DNA of 64,000 nucleotides from Actinomycetota bacterium (GTDB taxonomy: Bacteria; Actinomycetota; Thermoleophilia; UBA2241), in assembly GCA_012514235.1 (NCBI GenBank), contig JAAZAR010000159.1:1065-65064 (forward strand), in the 5' to 3' direction. Positions within the stretch are counted from its first letter, which is position 1; the number at the start of each line of letters is the position of its first letter. The notes beneath the pieces were generated by a model. It was not told the origin of the DNA, made no database searches, and was given only the letters and a program-made list of their open reading frames with translations. Positions 61,937 to 64,000 of this stretch are shown here, in pieces. Both the position numbers and the translations under genes were made by a program.

Positions 61937-63571
61937 GTGGAGGCAGCCATGCAGGAGTTCAGACCGTTCGATCTCGAGGGACGACCGCTGGAGGAGCAAG
62001 TCCGGAGCTGGGACGAGCTCGTCCAGGAGCCGTACGACAAGCTGACGGTGCACCCGTACACGCGCTGCCGAGTGATCCTGATGAACGGCATCGAGAACGG
62101 TGCGACGCTCTTCTCCCACGCCGCAGCGCGCCTGACGCAGGACGAGGACTGCAGGCGGAAGCTGGCTCTGGTCCGTCGCCTCGACTCGCAGCACCAGCAG
62201 CTCATCAACTGGCTCAACCCGGGCAACGCGACGATCGTCGAGACCACCATCGGCTACGAGCAGGTGGCCGTCGACCTCACCGCCAATCTGGCCCAGAACG
62301 AGCCCGACGAGTACTTCCGTCAGGTGCTGGACTTCGCGCTGCTCGAGGACTTCGACCATCTGTTCCGCTACGGCTGCCTGATGGAGCTCATGGAGGGCAA
62401 GGACCCGAACGAGGTCACCCAGGGGCTCACCGAGATCAAGCCGGGGAGACCTACGGCGGAGGAGCACCGGCACCCGTTCGACGAGATCAGGCGCCAGCTC
62501 GACGCGAAGTCCGCCGAGCTCAAGACCAAGCTCAACTACCACACCATCGTGAACGGTGAGCAGCAGACGATGCTGTTCTACAAGGACCACGGGCAGATGT
62601 ACGAGAACCCGATGGCCCGCAAGCTCTACACCGAGATCGCCGAGATCGAGCAGCAGCACGTGAGCCAGTACGAGGACTGCGGCGATCCGAGCGAGACGGC
62701 CCTCGAGAAGCTGACACTGATGCAGCTGAACGAGGCGTACCTCTACTACAGCAACGCCCAAACGGAGACCGACGAACGCTTCAAGCGCATCTGGGAGCAG
62801 CTGTGCGAGGAGGAGATCGGCCACTTCCAGGCCTGCGCCGAGCTCCTGCAGACCATGGAGGGCCGGGACATCCACGAGGTGCTCGGCTCCGACGTGGTGC
62901 CGTCGCTCATCGTGTTCGAACCCAACAAGGAGTACGTGAACCAGGTGCTGGAGTCACAGGTCGACCTGCGGCCGCAGGACAAGGAGTTCGTCCCGGTACA
63001 GGAGCTGCCGGGCGACTGGCTCTCCTTCGGCTACATGGAGAAGGTCAACGGCAGCCAGGCACCGTCCACGCTCGTGACGGAGAAGGCGGAGGAGCTCGAC
63101 GGGATCCCCGCGGTCGCGATGCAGACCGGACCAGGCAAGGCCGACATCTACGAGCGTCTCAAGAAGGACCACGAAGAGGTCAAGGGCCTGTTCGAGAAGA
63201 TCATCGGCGGGCGCGGCGACCGGTCCGGGGCGTGGGACAAGCTGAGCAGGGAGCTCACCGCCCACGCGCGCGCCGAGGAACACGTCTTCTACGAACCCCT
63301 CAAGGAGGGCGACGGCGCGCTCGAGGCCGCGCTCCTCGGCTACGAGGAGCACCACGCGGCCGACCTCTTCATCAAGGAACTCTCGCGCAACAAGCCCGAC
63401 AGCGAGCAGTGGATGGCGAAGCTGCAGGTGCTGAAGGAGCTCGTGCTCCATCACGTGGTCGAGGAAGAGGGCGAGATCTTCCAGAAGGCGCGCGAGGTGA
63501 TCGACGAAGAGCGCGCCCGCATGATGGTGAGCGAGTTCCAGAAGCTGAAGAAGGAGCGGATGGCCGCCTGA
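61937..63571 (+). CDS. ferritin-like (di-iron carboxylate) domain fused to a C-terminal hemerythrin HHE domain
   Basis: The N-terminal domain has repeated E...ExxH motifs ('EIAEIEQQH', 'CEEEIGH'). The C-terminal 140 aa read 'LKKDHEEVKGLF...HARAEEHVFY...YEEHHAADLF...HHVVEEEGEIF'. An alternative ATG is at 61949. Confidence 0.7.
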   Translation: MEAAMQEFRPFDLEGRPLEEQVRSWDELVQEPYDKLTVHPYTRCRVILMNGIENGATLFSHAAARLTQDEDCRRKLALVRRLDSQHQQLINWLNPGNATIVETTIGYEQVAVDLTANLAQNEPDEYFRQVLDFALLEDFDHLFRYGCLMELMEGKDPNEVTQGLTEIKPGRPTAEEHRHPFDEIRRQLDAKSAELKTKLNYHTIVNGEQQTMLFYKDHGQMYENPMARKLYTEIAEIEQQHVSQYEDCGDPSETALEKLTLMQLNEAYLYYSNAQTETDERFKRIWEQLCEEEIGHFQACAELLQTMEGRDIHEVLGSDVVPSLIVFEPNKEYVNQVLESQVDLRPQDKEFVPVQELPGDWLSFGYMEKVNGSQAPSTLVTEKAEELDGIPAVAMQTGPGKADIYERLKKDHEEVKGLFEKIIGGRGDRSGAWDKLSRELTAHARAEEHVFYEPLKEGDGALEAALLGYEEHHAADLFIKELSRNKPDSEQWMAKLQVLKELVLHHVVEEEGEIFQKAREVIDEERARMMVSEFQKLKKERMAA

Positions 63572-63622
63572 GCGCCAGTCCGTGCGGACGGCCCGTGCCG
63601 CATGGGGCCGGACGACGTATGC

Positions 63623-63665
63623 ACGAAGGCCCGCGGGCATCCAGCCTCCGTCCGCGGGCCTTCGT
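63623..63665 (+). terminator. 14-bp-stem hairpin downstream of the ferritin-like gene
   Basis: ACGAAGGCCCGCGG...(15-nt loop)...CCGCGGGCCTTCGT. Confidence 0.4.
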
Positions 63666-63750
63666 CCGTCCGGATTCAGGCCTCGCCGGGTACGGTGCAG
63701 GCGAGGCGGGAGCCGGCCGCTATGCCGGCTCACGACGGCCGGAGGCGCCC

Positions 63751-64000
63751 GTGGGACTCTGGAAGCAGCCGCCGAGAGCGAAGGTGTTCGAGGCGTTCAC
63801 GGCGGTCGCGGACGGCCGGGTCCGGTTCACCGGACCGGTATCCGCAACCGTCACCTCGTCGCGCGGCGACAAGACCTACGACGTGACGTGGGCGGACGAC
63901 GGCCGTACGGTCGCCGCCAACGACAACGCCTCGTACTGGCAGGGCTACGCCGGCTACCCGATCCTCGCGGTCCTCCTCGAGCGCGGCGAGCTCCACGCCG
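63751..64000 (+). CDS. hypothetical protein, 3' end outside window
   Basis: A GTG 5 nt after GGAGG opens a GC3-biased frame, 'VGLWKQPPRAKVFEAFTAVADGRVRFTG...YWQGYAGYPILAVLLERGELHA', that runs off the window. It is absent from the ORF track because it has no stop. Confidence 0.4.
   Translation, partial: MGLWKQPPRAKVFEAFTAVADGRVRFTGPVSATVTSSRGDKTYDVTWADDGRTVAANDNASYWQGYAGYPILAVLLERGELHA

Overview
This is a very GC-rich segment with strongly GC3-biased codons, typical of an actinobacterium-type chromosome. GTG starts, 4-nt start/stop overlaps and apparently leaderless genes are common. I call about 56 protein-coding genes and one tRNA-Ile(GAU). I see no rRNA, CRISPR array, transposase or integrase. 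All calls come from reading the translations and DNA by eye, with no searches run, so start codons are estimates and family names are motif-level recognitions.

Gene content by region:
- 0-8.6 kb: housekeeping genes (PDZ/DUF512 protein, glutaredoxin-like, VOC, YciI, bifunctional nuclease, chorismate mutase) and a same-strand dedA-thrB-archease-rtcB string.
- 8.7-33.8 kb: a large cell-envelope glycan region.
  - DegT aminotransferase and a DUF354 protein.
  - A LysR / phosphosulfolactate synthase (ComA) / histidine phosphatase module.
  - A DltD-like protein, an MBOAT acyltransferase and a GH73-like hydrolase.
  - A tightly packed Wzx/Wzy/Wzz-type block with four GT4 glycosyltransferases, three ATP-grasp ligases (two are tandem paralogs), a PIG-L deacetylase and a second deacetylase-like protein.
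- 33.9-64 kb:
  - CN-hydrolase plus ureohydrolase, a REC-GGDEF*-EAL protein, and stand-alone trpB2.
  - An orphan histidine kinase coupled to a HAD phosphatase, and an M28 peptidase.
  - A YtxH protein with a poly-acidic Ala/Glu repeat, rarA, and an HNH endonuclease.
  - An orphan solute-binding protein with a C-terminal anchor, and rmlACDB.
  - A peptidoglycan-remodelling trio (L,D-transpeptidase, SLH-NlpC/P60, SpoIID).
  - A transsulfuration PLP enzyme and a ferritin-like/hemerythrin fusion.

Candidates most worth follow-up:
1. The glycan locus has a deacetylase plus ATP-grasp logic and an adjacent sulfolactate-forming module. This suggests an amide-decorated, possibly sulfonated, O-acylated polymer.
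2. A 36-codon leader ORF with three Trp codons ends inside a terminator hairpin upstream of the orphan trpB2.
3. An arginase-fold enzyme has a Gly in place of a normally invariant metal-binding Asp.
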